From: a virus
DNA length: 64,000 nt
Strand: one strand, 5' to 3'
IMG/VR virus record: IMGVR_UViG_3300020020_000027
Span: 1 to 64,000 of that record
Shown: positions 6,731 to 15,806 of the stretch, one piece after another
Position numbering within the stretch: the stretch's first letter is position 1
How the letters are laid out: every line of letters starts with the position of its first letter
Notes under the pieces: generated by a model
What the model was told of the DNA's origin: nothing
The model's database searches: none
The model's input: the letters and a program-made list of their open reading frames with translations, nothing else
Translations under genes and position numbers: made by a program

Positions 6731-6948
6731 GCGAGCCTTATTTGAGTTGTAATTGTAATTTGGAAATTTCTGGTTTGACTGAAGATGCAACCATTACTAT
6801 TTTCGAGACCCATATCTGTAATAATCGGCAGTCATTGGAATCTATTCCACCTAGATGGTATGAGTGTGTTTTTCATCCAGTAACGGTATTTATTTTGGCA
6901 GTAGGTACTGTAACGGTTCTTTGGATTCTATATCCAAACGGACTATGA
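6727..6948 (+). CDS. Small membrane protein
   Basis: GTGA overlap; C-terminal TM segment. Confidence 0.55.
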   Translation: MSEPYLSCNCNLEISGLTEDATITIFETHICNNRQSLESIPPRWYECVFHPVTVFILAVGTVTVLWILYPNGL

Positions 6949-6955
6949 AGTGGTT

Positions 6956-7029
6956 GACCCTATAACTCAGCTGGTTAGAGATACGGACTCATAATCCGTC
7001 GGTCGTGGGTTCGAGTCCCACTGGGGTCA
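6956..7029 (+). tRNA. tRNA with CAT anticodon (Met or Ile2)
   Basis: GACCCTA/TGGGGTC acceptor, ACGGA-CTCATAA-TCCGT anticodon arm, canonical T arm. Confidence 0.92.
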
Positions 7030-7058
7030 CGGTAAGACCAGACTAAAAGGGAGTTTCC

Positions 7059-7226
7059 ATGGAGGAAGAGAAGACCCTCACAGACACAGTTCCCACTGTT
7101 GAGGAATTCGAGGCAGAAATCGAAGAGGAAGACGACCCTGAGGGTGATGAAGACCTCTTCGAGGAAGAGGAAGACGAAGACGAAGACTGGGAAGAGGAAG
7201 ACGAAGAGACCCCCGAAGACAAGTAA
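7059..7226 (+). CDS. Hyper-acidic 55-aa protein
   Basis: AAGGGAG RBS; MEEEKTLTDTVPTVEEFEAEIEEEDDPEGDEDLFEEEEDEDEDWEEEDEETPEDK; below the ORF-track cutoff. Confidence 0.75.
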   Translation: MEEEKTLTDTVPTVEEFEAEIEEEDDPEGDEDLFEEEEDEDEDWEEEDEETPEDK

Positions 7227-7310
7227 AATCGGTAACTAAACTTGGTGGTCTAGGACTAGACAAGAGCGTGGATAAAGGGAGTCCGATGTAGCTCCACGTC
7301 GCCACCATTA

Positions 7311-7383
7311 GCCCTCATAACTCAATGGATAGAGTAGCGGACTTCTACTCCGCGTGCTGTAGGTTCGAATCCTACTGAGGGTA
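7311..7383 (+). tRNA. tRNA-Arg(TCT)
   Basis: GCCCTCA/TGAGGGT acceptor, GCGGA-CTTCTAC-TCCGC anticodon arm, canonical T arm. Confidence 0.93.
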
Positions 7384-7497
7384 CATGTTTAAAAGATGGT
7401 TCAATAATAGATTCCCAGAAAAACGATTGTGTTTGCGGCCATGGTGCTTTCGTGGACAAACATACGATCATAGATGTGAATGTCATCAATTCGACTA

Positions 7498-7578
7498 GCC
7501 TCCGTAGCTCAGTGGAAGAGTCACAGTACACCCCGCAGTAGTGTGCTGTAGACGCAGGTTCGATTCCTGTCGGGGGTA
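7498..7578 (+). tRNA. Atypical tRNA with extended anticodon arm (9-bp stem, 9-nt loop)
   Basis: Normal acceptor GCCTCCG/CGGGGGT, D arm and T arm; anticodon arm ACAGTACAC-CCCGCAGTA-GTGTGCTGT. Confidence 0.75.
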
Positions 7579-7579
7579 C

Positions 7580-8128
7580 ATGGAACCAATTTGGTTAGCT
7601 ATTATTGTTGCTGTTGGTGCACTATTTAGTAGTGTATTGACATCAAGTCTCAATGCCTGGCAAATTCGTAAGGGCAAAGAGCAAGATTATGCACGGCAGG
7701 ACGCCGTAGCTGACCATTTGGAAAAGCGTCAAGACGAAATACAAATTCAGGCTGAAGAGAAAGCTAGGTTGCTTGAAGAGCATCAGCAAAAAGCTGAAGA
7801 AGCAACTCAAATATTGATAGAATCCAATAAATTGGTAGCAACCCAAGCTTTCGAATCAACACAAATAACCTATGGCAAACTTGACCAAATACATGAGTTG
7901 GTTAATTCCAGTTTGACTTCACAAATGGAAGAGGCCCATACTGCACTTGCTCAACAACTTGTGTTGATGCGTGAGGTCATTGCACTAAACGCAGCAGCGG
8001 GGCGCGCAGCATCAAAAGAAGCATTGGAAACAATAAAAATAATTGAGCTTAAAGTTGCTGAACTTGCATCCAAATTATCCGATAGAGCCAAAGCAACTGA
8101 GATTGCCGACAAGAAAGTAGTCGTGTAA
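7580..8128 (+). CDS. Membrane-anchored coiled-coil protein
   Basis: N-terminal TM segment MEPIWLAIIVAVG, helical Q/E-rich body; upstream in-frame extension overlaps the tRNA. Confidence 0.7.
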   Translation: MEPIWLAIIVAVGALFSSVLTSSLNAWQIRKGKEQDYARQDAVADHLEKRQDEIQIQAEEKARLLEEHQQKAEEATQILIESNKLVATQAFESTQITYGKLDQIHELVNSSLTSQMEEAHTALAQQLVLMREVIALNAAAGRAASKEALETIKIIELKVAELASKLSDRAKATEIADKKVVV

Positions 8129-8337
8129 TGACTAAAGAAGAGAAAGCAATAATCGTCGAGGTGCTTTGCAGTCAGGCTTTAGCCGAACACCTAGGCGACA
8201 TACGAGATTCCGAAAGGCGACTTTGGGGTCTTATAGGCGTCACCGAAATATGTGTGGAAAATGACTCGGCTTGGGAAAATGTCGAAGCCACACTGAAGCA
8301 ACACAAGATCTCACCCCCGAAATATTTATCCTCATAA
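8128..8337 (+). CDS. Hypothetical protein
   Basis: TAATG coupling with upstream gene. Confidence 0.55.
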   Translation: MTKEEKAIIVEVLCSQALAEHLGDIRDSERRLWGLIGVTEICVENDSAWENVEATLKQHKISPPKYLSS

Positions 8338-8832
8338 TTAGGACAAATCATCAAACATGGGTATTTATTTGACTAAAGGCCAGATTTTGCTTGCCGTTGT
8401 TCTTGGTGCTATACTTGGGGTAGCACTGGCCGGAGTGACAGGAATGTTAAGTGCCTAAAATAACATTTAAACAGGCACTACAAGGTAACCTGTCAAATGT
8501 ACTCAAGCGGGCAGCATCACCTGATCACTATAGAGCCGAGCCTGCGCCTGATCCCAACGGCAATCGCGAACAGCGCAGACTATGGAATAAACTCCACAAG
8601 AAAAAGACTTGATCGGGCGCCTCGAATAGTTCCGGTTATTCCCCGATCTAGAATGATGCCCGCGAATCGCTGCCGGATGTGGCCCGACTCCAGATCACAG
8701 GCTTTGGTAGGTCACTAGCGACTAGCGGGCATTTCAAAAATTGGAGAAATAATGAACGAGTTTGGGCCAATAGCTAAATTTGGGATGGTATTGTTTGCCA
8801 TCGTAGCAATAATAGGTTTGGTTTTCTTTTAA

Positions 8833-8905
8833 CTCCAGGTATCCCAACGGCAGAGGAGTCCCGTTTAAACCGGGTGAAGTGTGGGTTCGAATCCCATCCT
8901 GGAGA
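8833..8905 (+). tRNA. tRNA-Leu(TAA), short variable loop
   Basis: CTCCAGG/CCTGGAG acceptor, CCCG-TTTAAAC-CGGG anticodon arm, GTGGG-TTCGAAT-CCCAT T arm. Confidence 0.85.
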
Positions 8906-9005
8906 CTGGAAGGGCACGTTTTTCTGTTGGAGATCGAAGTCTGGTTCATACGCCCACAGGCGTGCGTGCCCTTCCTTCAAGTAAATCCCTAAAATTGGAC
9001 TTGCC

Positions 9006-9236
9006 ATGAATGACAAGAATTTGATCTTCTTGGCAATAATCTCATCCGTAGCAACATGTGGACTTTTAATACCCATCTGGACCATTTTACTATTAATTTA
9101 CTTTATTGTTAAGGCACTAAAAAATGAACCAAAGAAGAAGAAACCAGAAGTGATATTACCGTCAAACAATTATGTATCTGACTGGACGTTCACAATAAAG
9201 GAAAATATCAATGCAGAAGAAGACTGGATACATTAA
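9006..9236 (+). CDS. Small membrane protein
   Basis: Hydrophobic N-half followed by a Lys cluster. Confidence 0.6.
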   Translation: MNDKNLIFLAIISSVATCGLLIPIWTILLLIYFIVKALKNEPKKKKPEVILPSNNYVSDWTFTIKENINAEEDWIH

Positions 9237-10014
9237 AGTAACGCCAGCTCTCGCACATAAATGGTTGGCGACTAATCACGATAATCGACCAATTCGAGAG
9301 CATTTGGTTAAGTCATTCGCCGTAGATATGGAAAATGGCGATTGGGATGACAACGGTGAGACAATTAAGTTCGACGAAAGTGGAGAACTTATCGATGGAC
9401 AACACAGACTGTTGGCCATCATCGAATCCAACAAGACCGTCACCTTGCTTGTTGTGTGGGGAGTGAAGCGCAGAGCACAGGATACCGTAGACACAGGAGC
9501 AAAGCGTACCTTCTCCGATGTTCTTTCTTTGAGAGGGGAAAAGAATGCTCCAGTACTTGGCGCCATAGTCCGCAAAGTTTGTATGTGGGAAGACGGAATG
9601 ACGTTGGGCAAGAAGGTAATCCTGAGCAATAACATTCTCTTCAAAACCTTGGACAAGTATCCGTGGCTGCGAGATGTAGCCACCCAAGCCAGTAACCTTG
9701 CCGCTGGAAGCGGCATGATGGCATCTGTAGCAGGGTACTGCTGGTGGGCTTTCTGGCAAATCAGTCCCGAAGATTGCAAGGGTTTCTTCGAGCGACTAAA
9801 CGACAATGCCAATTCAGTAAAGGGCAATCCTATTGACTCCTTGAAGCGAAAGCTGAATGATATTTCCAAAAATGATCACGAACGAAAGTCGGATATTTGG
9901 ATGGCAGCGGTCACTATCAAAGCATGGAATAAGTTCCGTGATGGAACTAATTGGGAAGTCGTGGACTTCCGGCCTGGTGGTGTCAATCCAGAAAAGCTAC
10001 CTGTGCCACACTGA
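9211..10014 (+). CDS. ParB/Srx-like N-terminal domain protein
   Basis: VTPALAHKWL..NRPI..DM..GDW..NGETIKF..LIDGQHRLLAI. Confidence 0.75.
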   Translation: MQKKTGYIKVTPALAHKWLATNHDNRPIREHLVKSFAVDMENGDWDDNGETIKFDESGELIDGQHRLLAIIESNKTVTLLVVWGVKRRAQDTVDTGAKRTFSDVLSLRGEKNAPVLGAIVRKVCMWEDGMTLGKKVILSNNILFKTLDKYPWLRDVATQASNLAAGSGMMASVAGYCWWAFWQISPEDCKGFFERLNDNANSVKGNPIDSLKRKLNDISKNDHERKSDIWMAAVTIKAWNKFRDGTNWEVVDFRPGGVNPEKLPVPH

Positions 10015-10042
10015 AAACTCAAGTCCATCGATGAACTTGGCC

Positions 10043-10103
10043 TTGACACATGTGTCAGCACAGCGCTAGACTTAGGCGTCAGGAGACCTCCTGACGCCTA
10101 AGT
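10043..10103 (+). promoter_or_regulatory. Housekeeping-type promoter with overlapping palindrome and 16-bp inverted repeat
   Basis: TTGACA-N18-TAGACT; palindrome TGACACATGTGTCA at 10044-10057; ACTTAGGCGTCAGGAG/CTCCTGACGCCTAAGT at 10070-10103. Confidence 0.6.
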
Positions 10104-10282
10104 TCATTTATAGACGTGACAGAGGGAAACAGTTAACTCACGAGTAATGCAGATTCCTGGCGGAAATCTGTTCTTCGGCTCGTCTCGGGTTTTTTGTCCG
10201 ATTTTCCCTTTGACTGGAAGCCGCGAATAACCCTCTGTCACCCAAACTTGTACCACAATAAAAAATAGTTGGGAAACAAAAG

Positions 10283-10540
10283 ATGACGTTAGAAGATGAA
10301 CTTTTCGATGATAAAGTATCATTAGTTGAATCCATCAAGCCGGATGATTGGCTAACGCCAATTGAAGTTGCAGAACTATTCCGCGTTACAGCCCGCACAG
10401 TTACTAGGTGGCTGGATCGACCGGGATTTTCTTGGGTAAAGACTTTCAAGACGCCTGGTGGGCATCGCAGGTATTACCGTCCAGACGTCATGAAGGCATT
10501 GGAAAACTATGAAGACAAACAAACTAGCACCCAACCTTAA
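10283..10540 (+). CDS. BldC/Xis-like MerR-type HTH DNA-binding protein
   Basis: LTPIEVAELFRVTARTVTRW..KTPGGHRRY closely matches the BldC signature. Confidence 0.85.
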   Translation: MTLEDELFDDKVSLVESIKPDDWLTPIEVAELFRVTARTVTRWLDRPGFSWVKTFKTPGGHRRYYRPDVMKALENYEDKQTSTQP

Positions 10541-10805
10541 GTACGATGAACTGTTTGAGAGGTTGGGCAAGGATGGAAGATTATTAAAGGAAACTATAGG
10601 TGATATGGTAGAAGGAAGACGTCAACTCAAAGAACAATATCGCGAAGAACTTGAAGATTACGATCGAGAAATGCTAACTTTCCTTTGGCGCTGTAGGTCA
10701 CTACTTTCTACTGTAGCTATAGCTCGAATGATAGGTCTCTCCCGTCAGAGATTGTATGAGAAGTGGTCTAAGTTTGGCTTCGACACCAATGAGGTTACAA
10801 AGTGA
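10509..10805 (+). CDS. Putative HTH protein
   Basis: C-terminal LSTVAIARMIGLSRQRLYE. Confidence 0.6.
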   Translation: MKTNKLAPNLKYDELFERLGKDGRLLKETIGDMVEGRRQLKEQYREELEDYDREMLTFLWRCRSLLSTVAIARMIGLSRQRLYEKWSKFGFDTNEVTK

Positions 10806-11011
10806 CCAATCATTGGGTCTGGGACGATGATCCCAACGAATCACTGTGCAGTCAAGATGTTTCCCAAGTGAATTGGGTTGAAGGCGAAATTGATTGCCCA
10901 AAGTGTTTGGAAATAGACCAATTCATAAAGGTAGTAGAGTCTTTCAATACTAATTTTGATATGAGAGATTCGCTGGTAGCGGCTATAGGCATGTGGAAGA
11001 GTGGTCTATGA
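10802..11011 (+). CDS. Small Cys-containing hypothetical protein
   Basis: GTGA overlap; H..LC..DCPKC. Confidence 0.55.
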   Translation: MTNHWVWDDDPNESLCSQDVSQVNWVEGEIDCPKCLEIDQFIKVVESFNTNFDMRDSLVAAIGMWKSGL

Positions 11012-11313
11012 GTGATACAACTTTCGACGAAGCTCGGCGCTGTCCATCCTGCGCCGAGCTTGGTCAACCTGCGGGAATTAGGCCAACCGAGAATAGACGA
11101 CAAGGTAAACTCCACATATTTAAATGTCAAAACGAAAGATGTGAGAAATTTGATCGTGATTGGGTGGTGCAGGTCCGTCCGGACGGCACCATACCTGATC
11201 CCATATTGAATAGAGAAAAGAGCTTTCCTCAGGAACGGGGGGTGGCTCGCGCCAGAATTGAACGAGCAAGAGAAGCATTGGATAGATTGAATCAACAATC
11301 ATTGGATAAGTAG
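11008..11313 (+). CDS. Zinc-ribbon hypothetical protein
   Basis: RCPSC...CQNERC; ATGA overlap. Confidence 0.65.
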   Translation: MSDTTFDEARRCPSCAELGQPAGIRPTENRRQGKLHIFKCQNERCEKFDRDWVVQVRPDGTIPDPILNREKSFPQERGVARARIERAREALDRLNQQSLDK

Positions 11314-12870
11314 ATGGAGCTATTTGACTTTCAAGCAGAAACAGTAGAGCGACTTGAACCAAAACGAGGATCACTAATAGCCCACGACATGGGCACCGGG
11401 AAAACTGTGACAGCAATTGCCTTAGATAAATCACGTAGACAAAGCTTTGATAATCCAGCTAAAACACTTATTATTTGTCCACTATCTGTGATTGATACTT
11501 GGGTCAAACATTTTAAACTATGGGCACCTGAACTTAAATTAGCTTGGGTCAACAACAAAAACAGGCGACCCTTCATGGAAGCCATGGATGCCACTTTCCG
11601 TAATGCTAATAGCATTGGCTATGATGTCTTTATCATGCACTATGCAGCAGTCAGACTTGAGCCTGACGTAGCTAGGTATCCATGGTTCCATGTTATTTCA
11701 GATGAAGTACACGCACTACAGGATAGAAAATCCTCTCAGACCAAGGCAGTAAAGAAGATACCAGCGTTTTATAAAACCGGACTTTCTGGTACTCCAGTCT
11801 TCAACAAGCCTGACGATCTCTGGTCAATCCTCAATTGGCTATACCCGAAATATTGGACCAGCTATTGGGCCTATTTCAAACGCTATATAAAGTGGGTTGA
11901 GTACGACGGATATCGAACTATAATCGGGGTAGAAAACGAAGAAGAACTACAACAGGTTATGGCAGGCTTCTATAGTCGAGTAAAAAAAGAGGACGTAATT
12001 AAAGATCTTCCGGACAAGTACTTCAGTGTAGTTAAAACTCGGATGCACCCCAAGCAAGAAAAAGCCTACAAGCAAATGAAGCGCGATATGTTGGCGTGGA
12101 TTGGTGAGCATGAAGACGAGCCAGTAAATGCACCGGTAGTACTTGCTCAACTTACTAGACTACAGCAGTTCGCTTCCGCCTACGCAGAAATCATCAAGAC
12201 GACAAAGAAGCGCAAGAACTGCTATGAATGCGGTCAATTACACATTGAATCTTGCGAAACTTGTGGACCAATATACGAAAAATATGAAAAAGCAATCGAC
12301 AATTATGCTATAGACTATGATGAAGAAGTTGGCCTGCCGCAATTCGGAAGTAATTGTGAAAATCTGAAGCAGGTAAAGTGTATTGGTCATCCACATGAAT
12401 TCGTTCAACTGTCCGAGCCGAGCTGTAAAGTAGACGCTGCGATTGAATTGATTCAAGCATCAGATGAGCCGATTATCTTCTTTAGTCAATTCGCACAAAT
12501 GGCCACTCTCCTTGCTAAGAGATGTGAAAAACTAGGAATCAGTTGTGGTCTCTACACTGGCTCAGTTACTAAGGAAAATCGGGATAAGATAGTTGAAGAC
12601 TTCCAAAGTGGCAAGCTAAAGGTCTTCTCTGGCAGCATCAAGGCGGGTGGCCAGGGTCTAACCCTCACTGCGTCGTCAACGGTCGGCCTACTCAACCGAG
12701 AATGGGCAGAATCACTCAACGACCAGGCAATTGACCGAGCCCATCGGATCGGCCAGAAGAATGCCGTTCACGTAATTGATTTTGTTACCGAAGAAAGTAT
12801 TGATGAAGAGCGTAATTTGGAAATTGCCTTGGATTGGCAAGTAATTAAAAAGTTACTAGGTGAACTATGA
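11314..12870 (+). CDS. SNF2-family (SF2) DNA helicase
   Basis: DMGTGKT, DEVH, SGTP, GGQGLTLT, QAIDRAHRIGQ. Confidence 0.95.
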   Translation: MELFDFQAETVERLEPKRGSLIAHDMGTGKTVTAIALDKSRRQSFDNPAKTLIICPLSVIDTWVKHFKLWAPELKLAWVNNKNRRPFMEAMDATFRNANSIGYDVFIMHYAAVRLEPDVARYPWFHVISDEVHALQDRKSSQTKAVKKIPAFYKTGLSGTPVFNKPDDLWSILNWLYPKYWTSYWAYFKRYIKWVEYDGYRTIIGVENEEELQQVMAGFYSRVKKEDVIKDLPDKYFSVVKTRMHPKQEKAYKQMKRDMLAWIGEHEDEPVNAPVVLAQLTRLQQFASAYAEIIKTTKKRKNCYECGQLHIESCETCGPIYEKYEKAIDNYAIDYDEEVGLPQFGSNCENLKQVKCIGHPHEFVQLSEPSCKVDAAIELIQASDEPIIFFSQFAQMATLLAKRCEKLGISCGLYTGSVTKENRDKIVEDFQSGKLKVFSGSIKAGGQGLTLTASSTVGLLNREWAESLNDQAIDRAHRIGQKNAVHVIDFVTEESIDEERNLEIALDWQVIKKLLGEL

Positions 12871-13027
12871 AAAAACTAGCACCGGGTATGACTGTGCAGA
12901 GCGCCAGGAATTCCTGGCGAGTTGCGTACTGTGTTCGGTGTGGTTGGTGTAGTGAGCTTTTGTCATATGCCAACGCGAAAAAACTAGCCTGTGACGAAGA
13001 CTCTCATATATGTAAAAGGAATACTAA

Positions 13028-13429
13028 ATGAACTTCATTCACAGAACACCAAGATTACACCAGAATCCAAATGATCCTGCATATCACATGCTATACACTG
13101 GACACACATCTACTCCCAAAGTTCATCGCATGGGCTGCTATATCTGCTCGGATATGGAATTCGCTCGGATAGGAATGCCACTTTGTAACCTTTGCTGTGC
13201 CTGTGCTCAATTGGGTAAGGAAGGTCACATACCCGCCGATGACAGTTATTGCGATGACTGTAGACATACACTATGCGAAGACTGTGTTAATTTACCCGCA
13301 CAAAAAGAACCTATTTGCACTTGCAACACGCCATGTTGTGAGGTTGACGTTGGTGTCGGCATCATAACTTGCGAAAGCAAGCACTGTCCAACACACGGAG
13401 AAAACAATGACAAGAGCGAGATTAAGTAA
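13028..13429 (+). CDS. Cys-rich hypothetical protein
   Basis: AAAGGA RBS; multiple CxxC pairs. Confidence 0.65.
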   Translation: MNFIHRTPRLHQNPNDPAYHMLYTGHTSTPKVHRMGCYICSDMEFARIGMPLCNLCCACAQLGKEGHIPADDSYCDDCRHTLCEDCVNLPAQKEPICTCNTPCCEVDVGVGIITCESKHCPTHGENNDKSEIK

Positions 13430-13704
13430 GGAAGAACTAGAACTTATCGAAGATGCTTTGATATATTATGGGGTTTCGAACTTAGATTTGCGCGTGGTAA
13501 TATCCACAATAATTAGAAAGATTAAAGTAACCAAGGGTCAGTCACCATACGAAACCATCATGATGGAGCCATACAAATGAGTTGTCAAGAATGTAACAAA
13601 CTAAGAAACACACCAATATTTTTCCAATTGCTGCAAGACTGGTTCAAGATGAGTGCAGATAAAGTCACTAGTATCTTTCATCGGAAAGGACATAAGATCT
13701 TCTG

Positions 13705-14412
13705 ATGCAACAAAAAACCAGGACGGTAGTTCTCACTCCGTCTAGGTCACGACCAAATAAGCTAGATAGAATGCTAAATTCTATCGCATCACTGTCCGTT
13801 GGTGAAGTGGCAGTCTATGTCGGAATAGATATGGATGACCCAAGTTACCAAGACTACCAAGACCTACTAAAGAAATACAAAATCCTAACAATATTCAATG
13901 ATTCTAGGAAGACTCTTTCGGCCTGGACAAACTCTCTGTCCACAGCCGCACTATATTCCTATGGAGTGGATGGAACTTATCTAGTTTCCATGGGCGACGA
14001 TCACGAAGTGAAATCTGACTTGTGGAACCTTTCTCTGATGAATTCCATTCATGCCCTAGATGGACCAGGCTTTGCCTACGGGGACGACACAATAAATGGA
14101 TCTGGGCTATGTACCGCCTGGATGGCCTCAGGTAAAGTGGTTAACGCGCTAGGCTGGATGATGCTGCCAAACTGCAAGCACTTCTATGTAGACAATGCCA
14201 TTATGGAACTTGGTCAAACCTCAAATCGGATTGCATACAGACCAAAAGTTGTGATTGAGCATCTGCACCCAGTAATTGAGAAATCGGAAATAGATAAGAC
14301 TTATATAGATGCTAGTAGTAACATCGAAAAAGATTTATTAGCTTTTCGAAACTGGCATGTTGGAGCACAATTCCATCAAGATGTTCAAACAATCTTAGAG
14401 GTGACGTGGTAA
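13705..14412 (+). CDS. GT-A-fold glycosyltransferase-like protein
   Basis: LTPSRSRP, GIDMDDP, MGDDH, HFYVDN, IEHLHP. Confidence 0.75.
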   Translation: MQQKTRTVVLTPSRSRPNKLDRMLNSIASLSVGEVAVYVGIDMDDPSYQDYQDLLKKYKILTIFNDSRKTLSAWTNSLSTAALYSYGVDGTYLVSMGDDHEVKSDLWNLSLMNSIHALDGPGFAYGDDTINGSGLCTAWMASGKVVNALGWMMLPNCKHFYVDNAIMELGQTSNRIAYRPKVVIEHLHPVIEKSEIDKTYIDASSNIEKDLLAFRNWHVGAQFHQDVQTILEVTW

Positions 14413-14735
14413 TCTTGCTTAATGAAATGGCCAAAGAGTTTCATAGCCTTAATGTGGACAAAGGCTTTTGGGATGATTCAAGAGACCCACTTAAAGTCCT
14501 CATGTTAATCGTGACGGAACTCTCTGAGGCAGCCGAGGAATTTAGGCATGACCAACCAGCCAACCACACATACTACCTGGGTCCAGAACCAAAAGGTGTG
14601 CCTATAGAAATGGCGGACGCCATTATTCGTATTCTGGACGCATGTGCTGCTTGGGGGATTGACCTAGACGAAGCAGTAATGATAAAGTATCACTACAACA
14701 AGACCCGTCCATTCATGCACGGTAAGAAAAGCTAA
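14406..14735 (+). CDS. MazG-like nucleotide pyrophosphohydrolase
   Basis: LIVTELSEAAEEFR..EMADAIIRILD..KYHYNKTR. Confidence 0.85.
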   Translation: MVILLNEMAKEFHSLNVDKGFWDDSRDPLKVLMLIVTELSEAAEEFRHDQPANHTYYLGPEPKGVPIEMADAIIRILDACAAWGIDLDEAVMIKYHYNKTRPFMHGKKS

Positions 14736-14749
14736 CCGGAGGAATAGAA

Positions 14750-15028
14750 GTGCGGATTCCCACACTAGGCCGAACAGTTCACTATCGCGGCAAGGAAGGC
14801 GTTAAGGCCCTACGTGCCGCTATTGTTTCCTGTACAGTTGAGGAGCTTGACCAACAAAACGTTCTTGATGGGCACATTTCCGATCTAGACGATGAAATGC
14901 ATGTACATCTGCACGTAATTACTCCGGGAGCGCGAGGTCACTTTGAGGAATTCAATGTTCCTTTTGGCGAGCCACAGACTGATGGAAAAATCCCTCCGGG
15001 CACTTGGTGCTGGCCTAAACTGGTTTAA
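14750..15028 (+). CDS. Conserved phage-type hypothetical protein
   Basis: GGAGG RBS; PTLGRTVHY..AAIV..GTWCWP. Confidence 0.7.
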   Translation: MRIPTLGRTVHYRGKEGVKALRAAIVSCTVEELDQQNVLDGHISDLDDEMHVHLHVITPGARGHFEEFNVPFGEPQTDGKIPPGTWCWPKLV

Positions 15029-15344
15029 TCAACAATCAGGAGACTATAAAGCACTGATTGGTTTGGGCGTATTAGGGTTCGTTGATTATTTTCTGGGTTT
15101 TGCTTTGATTATTTATTTTGACTTATAGTGGTCTGGGCAGCCAAGTAAGAATAAGAGGCATTGTGTTGGGCTGACCGGACACTGCATCTTCAAGATGCCT
15201 CTTATCACCACTTAAGCTGAGGAGACACCTTTATTGTTGCGATTCACCCTCGGACTTCACTTTGGAAGTTGTGTGACTTTATCTTATCTAGTTTTGAGGG
15301 TCACACCAATGATACGATTGGGTTCAAGAGGTGTCTCCTCTTTA

Positions 15345-15415
15345 TGGAGTATAGTGTAATGGTAGCACGCTTGCCTTTGGAGCAGGCAGTTTAGGTTCGA
15401 ACCCTGATACTCCAG
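15345..15415 (+). tRNA. tRNA-Gln(TTG)
   Basis: TGGAGTA/TACTCCA acceptor, CTTGC-CTTTGGA-GCAGG anticodon arm, T loop TTCGAAC. Confidence 0.9.
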
Positions 15416-15416
15416 C

Positions 15417-15806
15417 ATGTATGAAATAACAAAAATCCTTGAGTGTGAGGACTGCGGTCGAGTATTAAAAACCTTGACTGAATACGAAAACCAACAGGTT
15501 GCGACAAATCCATACAATTATATTTCTTACTGCGATGAATGTAAAGCTAGTCGCGCCAAACGGGGTGAAGCAGCAATCTACGCAATTCATCCTGGCTGGA
15601 TAACCTCACTATATGATGGTGATCGACACTATATTGGAGTGGGCTCATTAGTTCGACTTTATGAATTAAGAACAGGGGAATGGATCCCTTGGCACAATAA
15701 TAAAGGACGTGATCCGAATAAATACATCCACCTTTATCCAAGACCAGACGGAAACTACGGTAGGCCAGAAGATGTCAAAGGACAGACCAAACAGGATAAC
15801 GTTTAA
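15417..15806 (+). CDS. Hypothetical protein with CxxC pairs
   Basis: CEDC...CDEC. Confidence 0.6.
   Translation: MYEITKILECEDCGRVLKTLTEYENQQVATNPYNYISYCDECKASRAKRGEAAIYAIHPGWITSLYDGDRHYIGVGSLVRLYELRTGEWIPWHNNKGRDPNKYIHLYPRPDGNYGRPEDVKGQTKQDNV

Noticed and set aside
8538-8642. HDV-like (theta) ribozyme
   Set aside because: A pseudoknot is possible, but I could not place P3/L3, P1.1 or the catalytic J4/2, and it does not abut a tRNA 3' end.
12205-12400. Intein in the helicase
   Set aside because: Too short, and no His-Asn/nucleophile splice junction.
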